Assembly (NCBI GenBank): GCA_047495785.1
Contig: JBLDXI010000042.1
Span: 2,542,001 to 2,606,000 of the forward strand
Direction: 5' to 3'
DNA: 64,000 nt
DNA from: Lepidodermella squamata
Taxonomy: Eukaryota; Animalia; Gastrotricha
The notes under the pieces are model-generated. The model ran no database searches and had not been told where the DNA came from. It saw only the letters and a list, made by a program, of their open reading frames with translations. The translations under genes and the position numbers were made by a program. How positions within the stretch are numbered: the first letter of the stretch is position 1; each line of letters starts with the position of its first letter. Positions 63,308-64,000 of this stretch are shown piece by piece.

Positions 63308-64000
63308 AAATTCTCAAATACTCTCAACGCCCGCTACATCCGCGGGTTTGGAACAATATCTTTCGCAAATTAGTCCAACCATAACAGAGCCAAAAGATTA
63401 GCAGATAATATTATGAAGGTTCGAACGAATTACTAGAATTGATTCGATCTGAAGACAGTTGATGAAACTGTCACTTCAAAGCGGCGTTGCAACACCGAGC
63501 AGGACGGCTCCTGGAAGACGAGAATTCGAAATAAATCGGAATGGATTGGATCTAATTAAATATTCTCAAATACTCTCAACGCCCGCTGTATCCACGGGTG
63601 TGAAACGGTGCTGTATTTTCCGCAAATGAAGCAATGTACCGGACCACTGCGTGGCTCCAAGCATGCTAAGTGATGTCGTGGTCAACCCTAAGACGATAGC
63701 TGCCAGGATAGCTTCCAATCTGGGCTATGATATCAAGCTGGCTGAAAGGTTTGCTGGCTCGGTGGCCTCACAACTGGCACTACATGACATGACATCGTGG
63801 TGTGCCGTGCTCTGGGTTGCTGTTCTACGTGAGCATTAGCACAGTCTGCTGGTATAGCCCGAAACACGCCCAACGGCGCTCTTCCAATGAAGCTGCAAAT
63901 TAGTCCATCCAAAACAGAACCAAATCTCGATTAGCAGATAACATGATGAAAGTTCGAACGATTCACTAGAATATATTCGATCTGATGATAGTTGATGAAG
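63308..64000 (+). repeat. Diverged tandem duplication in an MTHFR intron; second copy interrupted by a 267-nt insertion
   Basis: ttctcaaatactctcaacgcccgct...gcaaat|tagtcc...gattagcagataa...ttcgatctga...gttgatgaa occurs twice; insert 63628-63894 is flanked by GCAAAT. Confidence 0.8.

Overview
Gene-dense window from a compact animal (metazoan) genome with mostly 48-60 nt GT-AG introns and the standard genetic code; I cannot name the taxon. In order: (1) a replication-type histone quartet in two divergent pairs (H2B<->H2A, H4<->H3; no H1 seen) with three small non-histone ORFs in or beside it; (2) two tandem GPI-type mucin/proteoglycan genes; (3) mitofusin, whose two enlarged introns each host a SNORD21/U21-like C/D snoRNA; (4) ELMOD3-like; (5) an aquaporin; (6) a Ly6/uPAR GPI protein; (7) a 19-kb perlecan gene; (8) an uncharacterised gene; (9) LPCAT1/2-like, head-to-head with WDR97-like (RFX X-box); (10) a tRNA-derived element; (11) two tandem LAMP-family genes; (12) the 3' part of MTHFR. 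The most striking result is the perlecan locus. It appears to have two alternative signal-peptide first exons (with and without SEA), a 30-nt cassette micro-exon, and an in-frame alternative last exon with its own AATAAA that would give a truncated, GPI-anchored perlecan lacking domain V. The histone genes share a non-canonical downstream element plus AATAAA, and H2A has an H2A.X-like tail whose stop codon overlaps a splice donor. All exon models were derived by eye from splice signals and reading-frame phase, with no transcript support.
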